Positions 31,104 through 43,848 of a stretch of DNA of 64,000 nt are shown here, in pieces. Each line of letters begins with the position of its first letter. Within the stretch, counting starts at the first letter, position 1. A program made the position numbers and the translations under genes. The notes beneath the pieces were generated by a model, which had not been told where the DNA came from, made no database searches, and was given only the letters and a program-made list of their open reading frames with translations. This stretch comes from Bryobacterales bacterium (lineage in GTDB: Bacteria; Acidobacteriota; Terriglobia; Bryobacterales; UBA6623): positions 704,001 to 768,000 of the forward strand of contig OY729427.2 of NCBI GenBank assembly GCA_963422375.2. The letters run 5' to 3'.

Positions 31104-32816
31104 CAGCGATTCTCAATTTGGGCATTTTGGGATTTCCAGAGTGTCTGAGAAAGGTGTCGAAGGCAGTCTGGCACTTGACTTTTGCTTGCGGAATGTGTGA
31201 GCTAGGGTGTATGCCCCATGTCCTGGACGCGCTGCCGAGCGCCTTCCGCGAGACGGCCGCCGGCCTGCCCGACCGGCGCGCGGGTCGCCGCAACAAGCGC
31301 TACGAGGTCAGCGACGCCGCCGGTTGCGCCCCGGCCTGCTGCTGCACCCGGTGCGAGTCGTTCCTCGCGTTCCAGCGGCGCATGGAGCGGGACGGCTCCC
31401 GCTCCAACTGCCGGACCCTGTTCGGCGTGGGTCGCATCCCCTGCGACAGCCGGATCCGCAACTTGCTCGACGACCCCGACCCGGCCGCGTTCGACCCGCT
31501 GTTCCGGCTATGCCTCGAAACCGTGGCCGCGCCGGGCGCGCTCGAGCCCTTCCAGCGCCTCGACGAGCGCCTGCCGGCGGCTCCGGACGGCGTCCGGTTC
31601 CACCGCTCCGACACGGTGCATGGCCCGCAGTGCTCGGTGCGGCGCGTCGGCAGCGAGCGCCGGCCGCATCACTTCCACGCCATGGTCGCGGCCACCGCGG
31701 TGGCCGACGGCCACGCCACCGTCCTGCCGCTGATGCCCGAGTTCGCGTGCCCGCAGCAGGCCGCGGCCGCGACCCGCGCCGACATGAGCGAGGACGAGCG
31801 CAAGCGGGACTGCGAGCGCAACGCCGCCAAGCGCCGGATCGCCGCTCAGGGCGCCTGGCTGCAGGCCTGCCGCCCCGTCCTGCTAGGCGATGACCTGTAC
31901 TGCTGCCAGCCGGTCCGCGAGGCCGCCGCGGCGGCCGGCATGGACTGCATCCGGGTAGGCAAGCCCGGATCCCGCAAGCACTTGCACGAGGTGCCGGAGA
32001 GCCGGCGGGCGAGCGGCGCGGTGCGCTCGACCGGCTGGCTGCCGCGGCGCGGGAAGGGCAAGCGGTCCGAGCGGCACCGTTTTCGCCGGACGGCCGCGGC
32101 GCCCCTGCGCCAGGGCCGCGACGCCCTGCGGGGCACTTGGATCGAGTACGCCGTGGAGCGCGACGGCAAGCGCACCTGCGCCAACAGCTTCTTCACCGGT
32201 CTCGCGGTCACCGCGGACAACGCGGAGCGGATCGCGCGCGCCGGCCGGGCGCGCTGGAAGATCGAGAACGAGGGCTGCAACTGCCTGGCGCGGCACGGCC
32301 GCAACTGCAAGCGCAACTTCGGGCACGGCAAGGAAGGGCCGGCCAACGTGCCGGCCGTGCCGAACCCGTTCGCCTTCGCGCTCCACGCCGTGGTGCAGTG
32401 CGTCTGCGCGCTGCGGCAGCAGTGCCGGCGCCAGCCGGTCACGCCCCGCGCCCTGTTCCAGGAGCTGTTCCAGGAGCTGCAGGTCGCGCTGCGCTGGTTC
32501 CGCTTCCCGGACTGGCCGACTCTGCTGGCGGCGGTGCGCGCCTCCGGGCTGCCAGGCGGCCGGGCGGCCGGGGCCTGGACTCCGCGCAGTTTCGTGCCGG
32601 CAGCGGCCGGCCGTCAAAGCCGGCTACCGCCGGAGTGCGTCCGGCCGCGGGCTCGGCACTCCGCGGACCCGCGACGCGGGCCGCACCACGGCCCTGCCCG
32701 CCGTCCGACGCTCCCGCGGGGCGGCCTCGGGAGCGCAACCTCTCGGTCAACTTACTCACCTCATCCTCCGAAACAACGTTCACGCACCCCCTTGACGGCT
32801 AAGTTTAGAACCGCTG
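31104..32816 (+). mobile_element. ISNCY-type insertion sequence (1713 bp)
   Basis: TIRs CAGCGATTCTCAATTT / CAGCGGTTCTAAACTT; 9-bp TSD ACCGGGCGG at 31095-31103 and 32817-32825. Confidence 0.9.
31211..32578 (+). pseudogene. ISNCY transposase, heavily missense-mutated, probable stop lost (TGG at 32576)
   Basis: SFLAFQRRM, DCERNAAKR, GDDLYCCQP, GRARWKIENE and NFGHG motifs; many Pro/Arg/Cys at normally hydrophobic sites. Confidence 0.85.
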
Positions 32817-32917
32817 ACCGGGCGGAGCACCGCGAGCCCGGCCCGGCCTCCGCCCTGCGGCGGGCTCGCGTCACGGGCCGCGAATGCCGCAAGCTAGAGA
32901 AAGGTGAGACCGGCAGG

Positions 32918-34015
32918 ATGAGCGTCACCACGTCCTTCGCTCGATTCGACTCGATCGAACTCGATTGCGGCCACGCACTCGCCCCCGTGGACGTCGCCTA
33001 CGAGACCTACGGGACGCTGAACGCGGAGCGGTCGAACGCCATCCTAGTGCTACATGCCTTCTCGGGCGACGCCCACGCGGCCGGCATCAGCGCCGAGACC
33101 GGCAGGCCCGGCTGGTGGGACAACATGGTCGGCCCCGGCAAAGCGTTCGACACTCGCAAGTACTTCGTGATCTCGACCAACGTGCTCGGCGGGTGTAACG
33201 GCACCACGGGGCCGAGCTCGACGGACCCGGCCACCGGTCGGCGGTACGGGTCGCAGTTCCCGGCGATCTCGATCGCCGACATGGTCCGGCTGCAGCAGAT
33301 GCTGACCGATTCGCTGGGTATCCGGCGCCTGCTGAGCGTGTCGGGCGGCTCGATGGGTGGCATGCAGGCGCTGCAGTGGGCGGTCTCCTACCCCGACCGG
33401 GTGGCATCCGTGATCCCCATAGCCACGACGCACCGCCACTCGGCGCAGCAGATCGCCTTCAACGAGGTGGGCCGCCAAGCAATCCTAGCCGACCCGGACT
33501 TCAACGGCGGCGAATACTACGACGGCAAGTATCCCGAGCGGGGCCTTGCCGTGGCCCGGATGGTCGGGCACATCACCTACATGAGCGACGATTCCATGCG
33601 CGAGAAGTTCGGCCGGAGAAGGCGAGCCGCAGCCGGACAGGACGACATGTTCGAGGTCGAGAGCTACCTGCGCTACCGCGGAGTGCAGTTCGTCAGCCGC
33701 TTCGACGCCAACGCATACATCGTGATCACCCGGGCGATGGACACGTTCGACATCGCGGGAGCCAGCGGGGAGCTAGAGGACTGCTTCACGCACGGCGAGG
33801 CGCGCTTCCTCGTGCTGAGCTTCACGTCGGACTGGCTCTACCCCAGCTACCAGTCCCAAGAGATCGTGCGCGCCCTGCGCTCTCGCAATCGCGACGTGGC
33901 CTACATCGAGCTCGAATCCAATTACGGCCACGATGCCTTCCTGCTCGAGGCGGGCGAGCAGACCGCCCTGATCCAGGGCTTCCTCGAGAACACGTTTCAG
34001 CGCCTGGCCGCGTAG
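32918..34015 (+). CDS. metX: homoserine O-acetyltransferase
   Basis: YETYGTLN, HAFSGDAH, GWWDNMVGPGK, GGSMGG, SDWLYP and GHDAFL motifs. Confidence 0.95.
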   Translation: MSVTTSFARFDSIELDCGHALAPVDVAYETYGTLNAERSNAILVLHAFSGDAHAAGISAETGRPGWWDNMVGPGKAFDTRKYFVISTNVLGGCNGTTGPSSTDPATGRRYGSQFPAISIADMVRLQQMLTDSLGIRRLLSVSGGSMGGMQALQWAVSYPDRVASVIPIATTHRHSAQQIAFNEVGRQAILADPDFNGGEYYDGKYPERGLAVARMVGHITYMSDDSMREKFGRRRRAAAGQDDMFEVESYLRYRGVQFVSRFDANAYIVITRAMDTFDIAGASGELEDCFTHGEARFLVLSFTSDWLYPSYQSQEIVRALRSRNRDVAYIELESNYGHDAFLLEAGEQTALIQGFLENTFQRLAA

Positions 34016-34674
34016 GCGCGAGGAGGCACGGCGCTGGCCCTCCGGATGTAGTTCGCCTCGACCTCCGCGGGATCCCTGCGTTCCGCGACGGCGAGGTCGA
34101 CCGACGCCAGCAGCGCCACGGAGCGGGCGAGGCAGGACCGAATCAGCCGCCGGGCTCCCAGCGGCGTGCCCGCGGCCGGCCCGCCGGGACCGAAGATCCC
34201 GGGCTCGTTGGCGGCCAGCACGCGGTCGAAGCCGCGCAACGCGGGAGCCAGCTCCTCCCAACGCCCCATCATCTCCGGCACGCGCGGTTCGCGCGCCTCG
34301 CCGTAGCAGCCCGCGAAGAGGTCGCCGCGTCGCGCGTCAAGCAGGGCGGCGACCGGTCCCGGGTCCCCCGCCGCACGGGCGAGAGCCCGCAGGCTCGAGA
34401 CCCCGAGCAACGGCTTGCCGCTAGCCTCCGCCAAGGCCTTGGCCGCGCCGAGGCCGACGCGAATGCCGGTGAACGACCCCGGGCCCGTGGCCGCCGCGAA
34501 TCCGTCCATGGCGTCCAGCGGGAGGGGGACGGAGGCGAGCAGGCGCTCGATGGCCCCGAACAGGACCTCGCCGAAACCCGGCCCGGCACCTAGGGACAGG
34601 GACTCGACGCGGCCGGCGACCAGGACAGCCACGCTACCCACGCCGCGAGCCGTGTCGATCGCCAGCAGGTTCAT
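33997..34674 (-). CDS. tsaB: tRNA threonylcarbamoyladenosine biosynthesis protein TsaB
   Basis: LLAIDTA, GPGSFTGIRVG, LDARRG and C-terminal NYIR motifs. Confidence 0.93.
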   Translation of the reverse strand: MNLLAIDTARGVGSVAVLVAGRVESLSLGAGPGFGEVLFGAIERLLASVPLPLDAMDGFAAATGPGSFTGIRVGLGAAKALAEASGKPLLGVSSLRALARAAGDPGPVAALLDARRGDLFAGCYGEAREPRVPEMMGRWEELAPALRGFDRVLAANEPGIFGPGGPAAGTPLGARRLIRSCLARSVALLASVDLAVAERRDPAEVEANYIRRASAVPPRAYAARR

Positions 34675-34690
34675 TGGCGGGCTTCGGGAC

Positions 34691-37315
34691 TCAGGCCCTG
34701 CGGGCGCGGGCCCTGGGCTTCGGCCGACCGCTTGCGGCTATGCGCGCCTGGCGTGCCTGCAGGAGACTAACGGCTTGCTCCATGGTCAGCTCCTCGGGCC
34801 GGAGCCCGCGCGGCAGGGAGGCGTTGATCTCCCCGTCGCTGACGTACGGCCCGTAGCGGCCCGAGAGGACCTTGAGCTCCTTCTCCGACACCGGATGCAT
34901 GCCAAGCAGCCTCAGTTGCTGGGCGCGAGCCTGGCGGCGACGGCCCGACTTCTCCTGCGCCAGCAGCGCCAAGGCCTCTTTCAGCGTGATCTTGAACGGA
35001 CTAGCACCTTCGGGCAGCGAGCGGATTTCGTCACCGCACTTGACGAACGGACCGAAGCGACCGTTGGCGGCCACCACCTCCGAGCCGCTGTCGGGATGGA
35101 CGCCTAGCCCGCGCGGGAGCGAAAGGAGCAGGAGCGCCCGATCAAGGTCGATCGCGTCCGGGGCGTCACCCTGCATCAGGGAAGCGCGCTTCACCTCGGC
35201 CCCGCCGTCCTGATCCCCGAGCTGCACGAACGGGCCGTACCGCCCCTGCTTGAGGTAGACAGGCAGCTGCGTCGCGGGGTCCTTGCCGAGAGGCGCGGGG
35301 GCCTTGCTGGCGATCTGGAGCATATCCCGGGCCTTGCCGAGGCTCAGCTCGTCCGGCGCGATGTCGTCGGGCAAGCTGCAGCGGGAGGCACCGTCGGTCA
35401 GGAACGGGCCGTAGCGGCCGATCCGCACCTCCACCTGCGCACCGCCCTCGAGACTCCCGAGCGGCAAGCCGCACACCTTGCGCGGGTCGATATCCTTCTC
35501 CCCGGCCTGCACTAAGGGCTGCAGGCCGAGGTGCCGCTCTCCGAAGTAGAAGCCCTTGAGATAGTCGAGCCGTCCCAGCTCGCCGCGGGCGATCGCGTCG
35601 AGCTGGTCCTCGAGCTTCGCGGTGAAGGCATAGTCGGCTAGATGGGCGAAATGCTCCTCCAGCAGGCCCACGACGGCCATCGCAGTGAAGGTAGGCACCA
35701 GCGCCCCGCCCCGCTTGAACGCGTACGCCCGGCTCTGAACGACATCGACGATGCTCGCCCACGTGCTTGGCCGACCGATGCCGAGCCGCTCGAGCTCGCG
35801 GATCAGGTGGCCCTCGGTGTAGCGCTGCGGCGCCTGCGTGCGGCGCTCGGTGGCCTCCACGGACTCGATGTCCACGAGCTCGCCCGCGCTCAACTTGGGC
35901 AGCGACGTCTCCTTGGCGCCCCCGGCCGGGCCGCTCCCCGCATCGATCGAGTAGGCCTTGAGAAAGCCCTCGAAGTCGTAGGTCCTGCCGGAGGCGCGGA
36001 AGCGCGCCTCCCCCGAGTCCACACGCACGGTGGAATTGGTGCCGCGCGCGTCGCGCATCTGGCTGGCCAGGGTCCGCCGCCAGACCATTTCGTACAGCTT
36101 GGCCGCCTCGGCGCCGAGGAGCTTGCGGACCTCGCTGATCGCGCGGAACTTCCCGCCCGCCGGGCGGATTGCCTCGTGCGCCTCCTGCGCGTTCTTGACC
36201 TCGTTGCGGTAATAGCGAACGGATTCAGACAGGTACTCGGGGCCGAAGCGGCTCGCGATCAGTCCGCGCGCCGCGGCCTTGGCCTCGTCCGACAGCGCCG
36301 TCGAGTCGGTGCGCATGTAGGTGATGAAACCGTTCTCGTAGAGCTGCTGGGCGACGCTCATCGTGTGGCGCGCCTGGAAGCGCAGCTTGCTGTTCGCCTC
36401 CTGCTGCAGGGTGCTGGTGACGTAGGGAGCCTGCGGCGACGAGGTGAAGGGCTTCTCCTCGACCGAGGCGACCCGGGCCTCCGCCCCCGCCGCCCGCATC
36501 GCGGCCTCGATGCGCCTGGCGTCCTCGGCCTCGAGGAGCGTCGGCCTGGCCCGCGACCGGCCGGAATCGGCCTTCAGGTTGCCGGTGTCGGGGTCGAAGT
36601 CCTTGCCCGTGGCGACGCGCTTGCCGGCCACCTCGACCAGATCGGCCTCAAACTCGGAGCCGACGGCGGAGAAGCGCGCCTTGAGGCCCCAGTAACTCGC
36701 CTGCGTGAATCGGGTCCTCGCGCGCTCGCGCTCCACCAGCAGGCGCACCGCGACGCTCTGCACGCGCCCGGCGCTCAGCCGGGGGGCCATCTTCTTCCAC
36801 AGCAGGGGGCTGACCTCGTACCCGAAGAGACGGTCGACGATCCGACGGGTCTCCTGCGCGCTGACCAAGGCCTGGTTGATGTCGCGGGGGGACTCGAGGG
36901 CCTTGCGGATGGCGTCCTTCGTGATCTCGTGGAATACAAGCCGCTTGAACGGCACCCGCGGCCCGAGCAGGTCCAGCAGGTGCCAGCTGATCGACTCCCC
37001 CTCCCGGTCCTCGTCCGTGGCGAAGAAGATGCGCTGGGCCCGCTTGACGGCGGCACGCATCTTGGTGACGATTTCCTTCTTCTCCTTGGGAACGACGTAG
37101 AGAGGCTTGAAGTCGGCCTCGACATTCACCCCCAGCCGGGCCCACGGCTCCTTCTTGAGCTTGGCGGGGATCTCCGTAGCGCTGTTGGGCAGGTCGCGGA
37201 CATGGCCGACCGAGGCCTGGACCTCGTAGCCGTCCGGCAGGAAGCCCTTGATCGTGCGGGCCTTGGTGGGCGACTCGACGATCACTAGGACGCTCGGGGT
37301 GGTTGACGCAGCCAT
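34691..37315 (-). CDS. topA: type IA DNA topoisomerase I
   Basis: IVESPTKA, ATDEDREGE, SAGRVQS, ITYMRTDS and GIGRPST motifs; C-terminal GRYGP repeats. Confidence 0.97.
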   Translation of the reverse strand: MAASTTPSVLVIVESPTKARTIKGFLPDGYEVQASVGHVRDLPNSATEIPAKLKKEPWARLGVNVEADFKPLYVVPKEKKEIVTKMRAAVKRAQRIFFATDEDREGESISWHLLDLLGPRVPFKRLVFHEITKDAIRKALESPRDINQALVSAQETRRIVDRLFGYEVSPLLWKKMAPRLSAGRVQSVAVRLLVERERARTRFTQASYWGLKARFSAVGSEFEADLVEVAGKRVATGKDFDPDTGNLKADSGRSRARPTLLEAEDARRIEAAMRAAGAEARVASVEEKPFTSSPQAPYVTSTLQQEANSKLRFQARHTMSVAQQLYENGFITYMRTDSTALSDEAKAAARGLIASRFGPEYLSESVRYYRNEVKNAQEAHEAIRPAGGKFRAISEVRKLLGAEAAKLYEMVWRRTLASQMRDARGTNSTVRVDSGEARFRASGRTYDFEGFLKAYSIDAGSGPAGGAKETSLPKLSAGELVDIESVEATERRTQAPQRYTEGHLIRELERLGIGRPSTWASIVDVVQSRAYAFKRGGALVPTFTAMAVVGLLEEHFAHLADYAFTAKLEDQLDAIARGELGRLDYLKGFYFGERHLGLQPLVQAGEKDIDPRKVCGLPLGSLEGGAQVEVRIGRYGPFLTDGASRCSLPDDIAPDELSLGKARDMLQIASKAPAPLGKDPATQLPVYLKQGRYGPFVQLGDQDGGAEVKRASLMQGDAPDAIDLDRALLLLSLPRGLGVHPDSGSEVVAANGRFGPFVKCGDEIRSLPEGASPFKITLKEALALLAQEKSGRRRQARAQQLRLLGMHPVSEKELKVLSGRYGPYVSDGEINASLPRGLRPEELTMEQAVSLLQARQARIAASGRPKPRARARRA

Positions 37316-37384
37316 AGTGCTTGCTTCCCTTTCTATAGCACCTATGGCGGGGACGGCAGCGGCCGGGGGATCGAGCGACGCGGA

Positions 37385-37978
37385 TCAGCGGTGGCGGCCG
37401 ATCTCGTAAACGTAAATCGGCTGCTCTGCCCCGCTCACCGGAACCGTCACCGTCTTCGACGGGTTCCAGTCCGGTATTTCCCACTTGTAGCACGCGACCC
37501 GCGCGCCGGGGCGCAGCTCCGCCTCCAGCTTCGGGCTCAGCCGCCGGTTCGCGGAGGTCATCAGGAACAGCGTCACAACGGTTGCCGACGAGAGGTCGGC
37601 CTCGAAGATGTCCCTCTGGATGATCTCGACGCGCTCCTGAACGCCGGCTGCTCTGATCGCCGAGCGCGCCTCGTCGACCAAGTCGGCATTGATTTCGTAG
37701 CCCACGCCCCGCGCGCCGCGGCTCCTCGCGGCGCGCAGCAGGATGCGTCCGTCGCCGGATCCCAAGTCGACCACTACATCGCCCTCGGACACTCCGACTT
37801 CCTCGAGCATGCGGTCGATCACGTGCCACGGGGTCGGGACGAACGGAGCCACGCTGCGCGGATCCAGCAGCGGTGCTGGCTGCTGGGCCGCCGCGCGAGC
37901 GGCCGGCGCCAAGGCGACGGCGGCCACCCCCGCCAGGCGCGCGCCGATGCCGAGCAGGGCCCGTCTTCCTCGCGTCAT
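37385..37978 (-). CDS. class I SAM-dependent methyltransferase with signal peptide
   Basis: APFVPTP, DLGSGDGRI, DIFEADLS and VVTLFL motifs. Confidence 0.85.
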   Translation of the reverse strand: MTRGRRALLGIGARLAGVAAVALAPAARAAAQQPAPLLDPRSVAPFVPTPWHVIDRMLEEVGVSEGDVVVDLGSGDGRILLRAARSRGARGVGYEINADLVDEARSAIRAAGVQERVEIIQRDIFEADLSSATVVTLFLMTSANRRLSPKLEAELRPGARVACYKWEIPDWNPSKTVTVPVSGAEQPIYVYEIGRHR

Positions 37979-38193
37979 GCTCACTCCCCGCTGGGACGCT
38001 CCGAATCCGTCATTACTATAGCCCCGCCTGCGCGCGTCCGGTGCGAGACGAACGCGGCCAAGGGAACCGGGGCCGAGGCGGCGCGAGGCGACCGAGCGGT
38101 CGCGCCGGAGCACCCGAGCGAGACGGGACGAGCCGCCTGCACCCAAGCGATCCGGAGCCGGCAGGCGACGGACATCCGGTTTCCGGTCGCGGA

Positions 38194-38222
38194 AAGGGCC
38201 GCGCCGAGGAGGCGCGGCCCTT
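38194..38222 (-). terminator. probable intrinsic terminator of the TonB-dependent receptor gene
   Basis: 12-bp perfect stem AAGGGCCGCGCC/GGCGCGGCCCTT just after the stop, short U tract; a second 10-bp hairpin at 38227-38248. Confidence 0.6.
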
Positions 38223-38243
38223 GATAGGTAGCCGGCGTGCCGG

Positions 38244-41621
<3,378 letters not shown>

Positions 41622-42202
41622 GGTTAATCCTCCTGTTGTAAACGCTGGACTCCTGCGCCCAGACGGCGGCCGCCTAGCTCCCCTCCGGCCTGGGCCGACT
41701 CAAGGAACCCCGCAACCAAAGACGGGTAAATTGTAGCACGCCCGGCACGCAGCGCCTCTGACGGTGCCGCGCGCCGATCCGTAACCCTTTTGAGAAGGGA
41801 ATTATATATCTGAGTGCCGACAACGCCATGTCGGCCTAGAACTGCTGTGAGCAGGGAGGTGGGTGTCGAGCTCGGGTCATTCGAGTGCGGCCGCGGCAGG
41901 CACGGAGGGGTGGGATCGTATCTGAATCGAGCCTGCCAGCGGATTGGACGAGGAAGGGACTAGAGAGGCCGCCTCGCATGCCCCGGTGGAACCCGGTTGG
42001 CGGTGGCAGGGCACCCCTTGCAAGCCGCTTGCAAGCCCTGCGAGGGCCGAAGACAGCGGATCCCCGGCGCTCGACGGCCTGCATGGACGGTCCGGGCCGG
42101 ACCGGGGTCGCACCGGGGCATGCCGGATCCGCTGCGCCCCTCGTACCGAGCGTGAAGAGCGCGTCCGCAGCGGGCTGCCGTGCTCAGCGCGGCGGGCGCC
42201 GC

Positions 42203-43159
42203 TCAGGCCGCGACCGCGGCCTTGCCGGTCAGCTGCCGGTAGGTCAGCGTCCGGCCGACCAAGCCCCGCGCTATGCGCCGCATCCGTTCCGCCGTGTCGC
42301 AGTCGCGGTCGTTGCGCCGTCCCGCGAACTCCGTGAGGTAGCGGCCGAGATGACGGACGCTCATCCGGTGATAGGTTCCGTACAGGCCGCGCTTGAACAG
42401 GGACCGGAACGATTCGATGCCGTTCGTATGCGCTGCCCCGCGCACGTACTCGCCGCCGGAGTGCCTGACGGCTTCGTGCGCGAACTCCGCCATGCCGGCG
42501 CAGGCCGCCGCCTCGTCGGAGCGGAGCTGCGCCCCCGGCGCGACGCGGGCGCGCACGAAGCCCTGCAGGTCGCCCTTGGCGGTGCCCGGCAGCGGCCGCG
42601 CGGCCACTGCGTTCGTGGCGCGGTCCCGCGCCCCCGCCACGGGCGTCTTGCCGACGGGCCCGCGCCCGGCACGGGCCTTCTTCCTCTCGTGCTTGTTGCG
42701 CTCCTTGCCGCCGACGCAGGTCTCGTCCACCTCCACCGGGCCGGCGAACAGGCCCCGATGCCGCTCCCAGCACGCGCGGATGCGGTGCGCCAGGTGCCAG
42801 GCCGACTTCCGGCTGATGCCTAGGTCGCGATGCAGCTTCATGCCGGAGACGCCCTTGAGGCCGGTGGTCAGCAGGAACAGGGCCACGCCCCGGACGCGGT
42901 AGCCGAGCTTGGTGTCGGCCGTCACGCTGCCGGTGCGCACGGAAAAGCGCTTGCCGCAGCCGCGGCAACGGTACGGCATCGAAGGGTGGGCCGCGTCGGA
43001 CTGCACGCTGGAGCCGCGGCAGCGGGGGCACGCGGGACCGTCCGGCCAGCGCATGGAGGCGAACCACTTTTCCGCGGATTCGTCATCGGGGAACATGGCG
43101 ATCACTTCGATCAATGTGATGCCTTTACGGAACCACTTTCCGGGGCCTTATTTCTTCAT
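42203..43159 (-). pseudogene. IS1595 transposase, copy 2, nonsense at codon 4
   Basis: ATG AAG AAA TAA (TAA at 43148-43150; TTA in copy 1); remainder open but DETY->DETC and ESFW->ESFR. Confidence 0.88.
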
Positions 43160-43182
43160 TTACGGTATCCCCTACTGGAACT

Positions 43183-43212
43183 ATTCTACCAAGAAAAACC
43201 ACAGAATGTCAA
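43183..43212 (-). promoter_or_regulatory. sigma70 promoter of the copy-2 transposase (TTGACA-N18-TAGAAT)
   Basis: Same elements as 27418..27447. Confidence 0.72.
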
Positions 43213-43848
43213 CGGAAATTCGGAAGAAATATGAAATCTTATTATGGCTTGATAATTTGCCTACTTGATTCCCTCGGCACTCAGATATATAATTCCCTTT
43301 GAGAACCAACAACTAACGGCGACACTGCGAGTGCCGCCAGCGCTGCGGTCACCCTGTGGCGAACTCGGCCGCAAACTCAAGGCCGGGACAGGCGGAAACC
43401 GACGCAGGCACTGGCCGGATGTCGAGACAGCGCCGATGGCCCCGGGCCAAGGTCCGGGGGCGTGCTGACCCTGCCCGCAGCCCCGCTACCGGCTGCGCTG
43501 CCGCTCCCTCCAAGCTGCGACGGGAGCGGGCTGGCCCGGTCGATTCCCAACACCCGGAGGACGGTAGATTCGAAGGGCCGGGGGTCGCGGCGATGGCGAT
43601 CCAGCGGGAGGATCCTGCGCGGCGCGGACCTGACGAAAACCCGCCCTTACCCCGCTCCCGGTCGGCCTGGGACGCTATCGCGCCTTGCCTGCTCGGCACT
43701 GCTGCCCGTCTGCTCCAACCGCTGCGGAGATACCGCGAACCGCCTTCCCCGGGGCGAATCCGGCAGATTCCGAGACCTTTCGCGGGGCGCGGAATCGCCG
43801 GTCCTCGATCACAGTGCTAGTATCAATCCATAGCGCTCACGCGAGGGC

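Larger units (their letters stand above)
41797..43297 (-). mobile_element. IS1595-family insertion sequence, copy 2 (1501 bp)
   Basis: Same 24-bp TIRs as copy 1; 8-bp TSD TTTGAGAA at 41789-41796 and 43298-43305. Confidence 0.96.

Noticed and set aside
32826..32917. SAM riboswitch or T-box upstream of metX
   Set aside because: Only a 10-bp inverted repeat (CGCGAGCCCG/CGGGCTCGCG); no recognisable aptamer motifs.
31019..34015. 998-aa ORF as a genuine evolved fusion protein
   Set aside because: The linker crosses the IS TIR and TSD, and metX has its own start.
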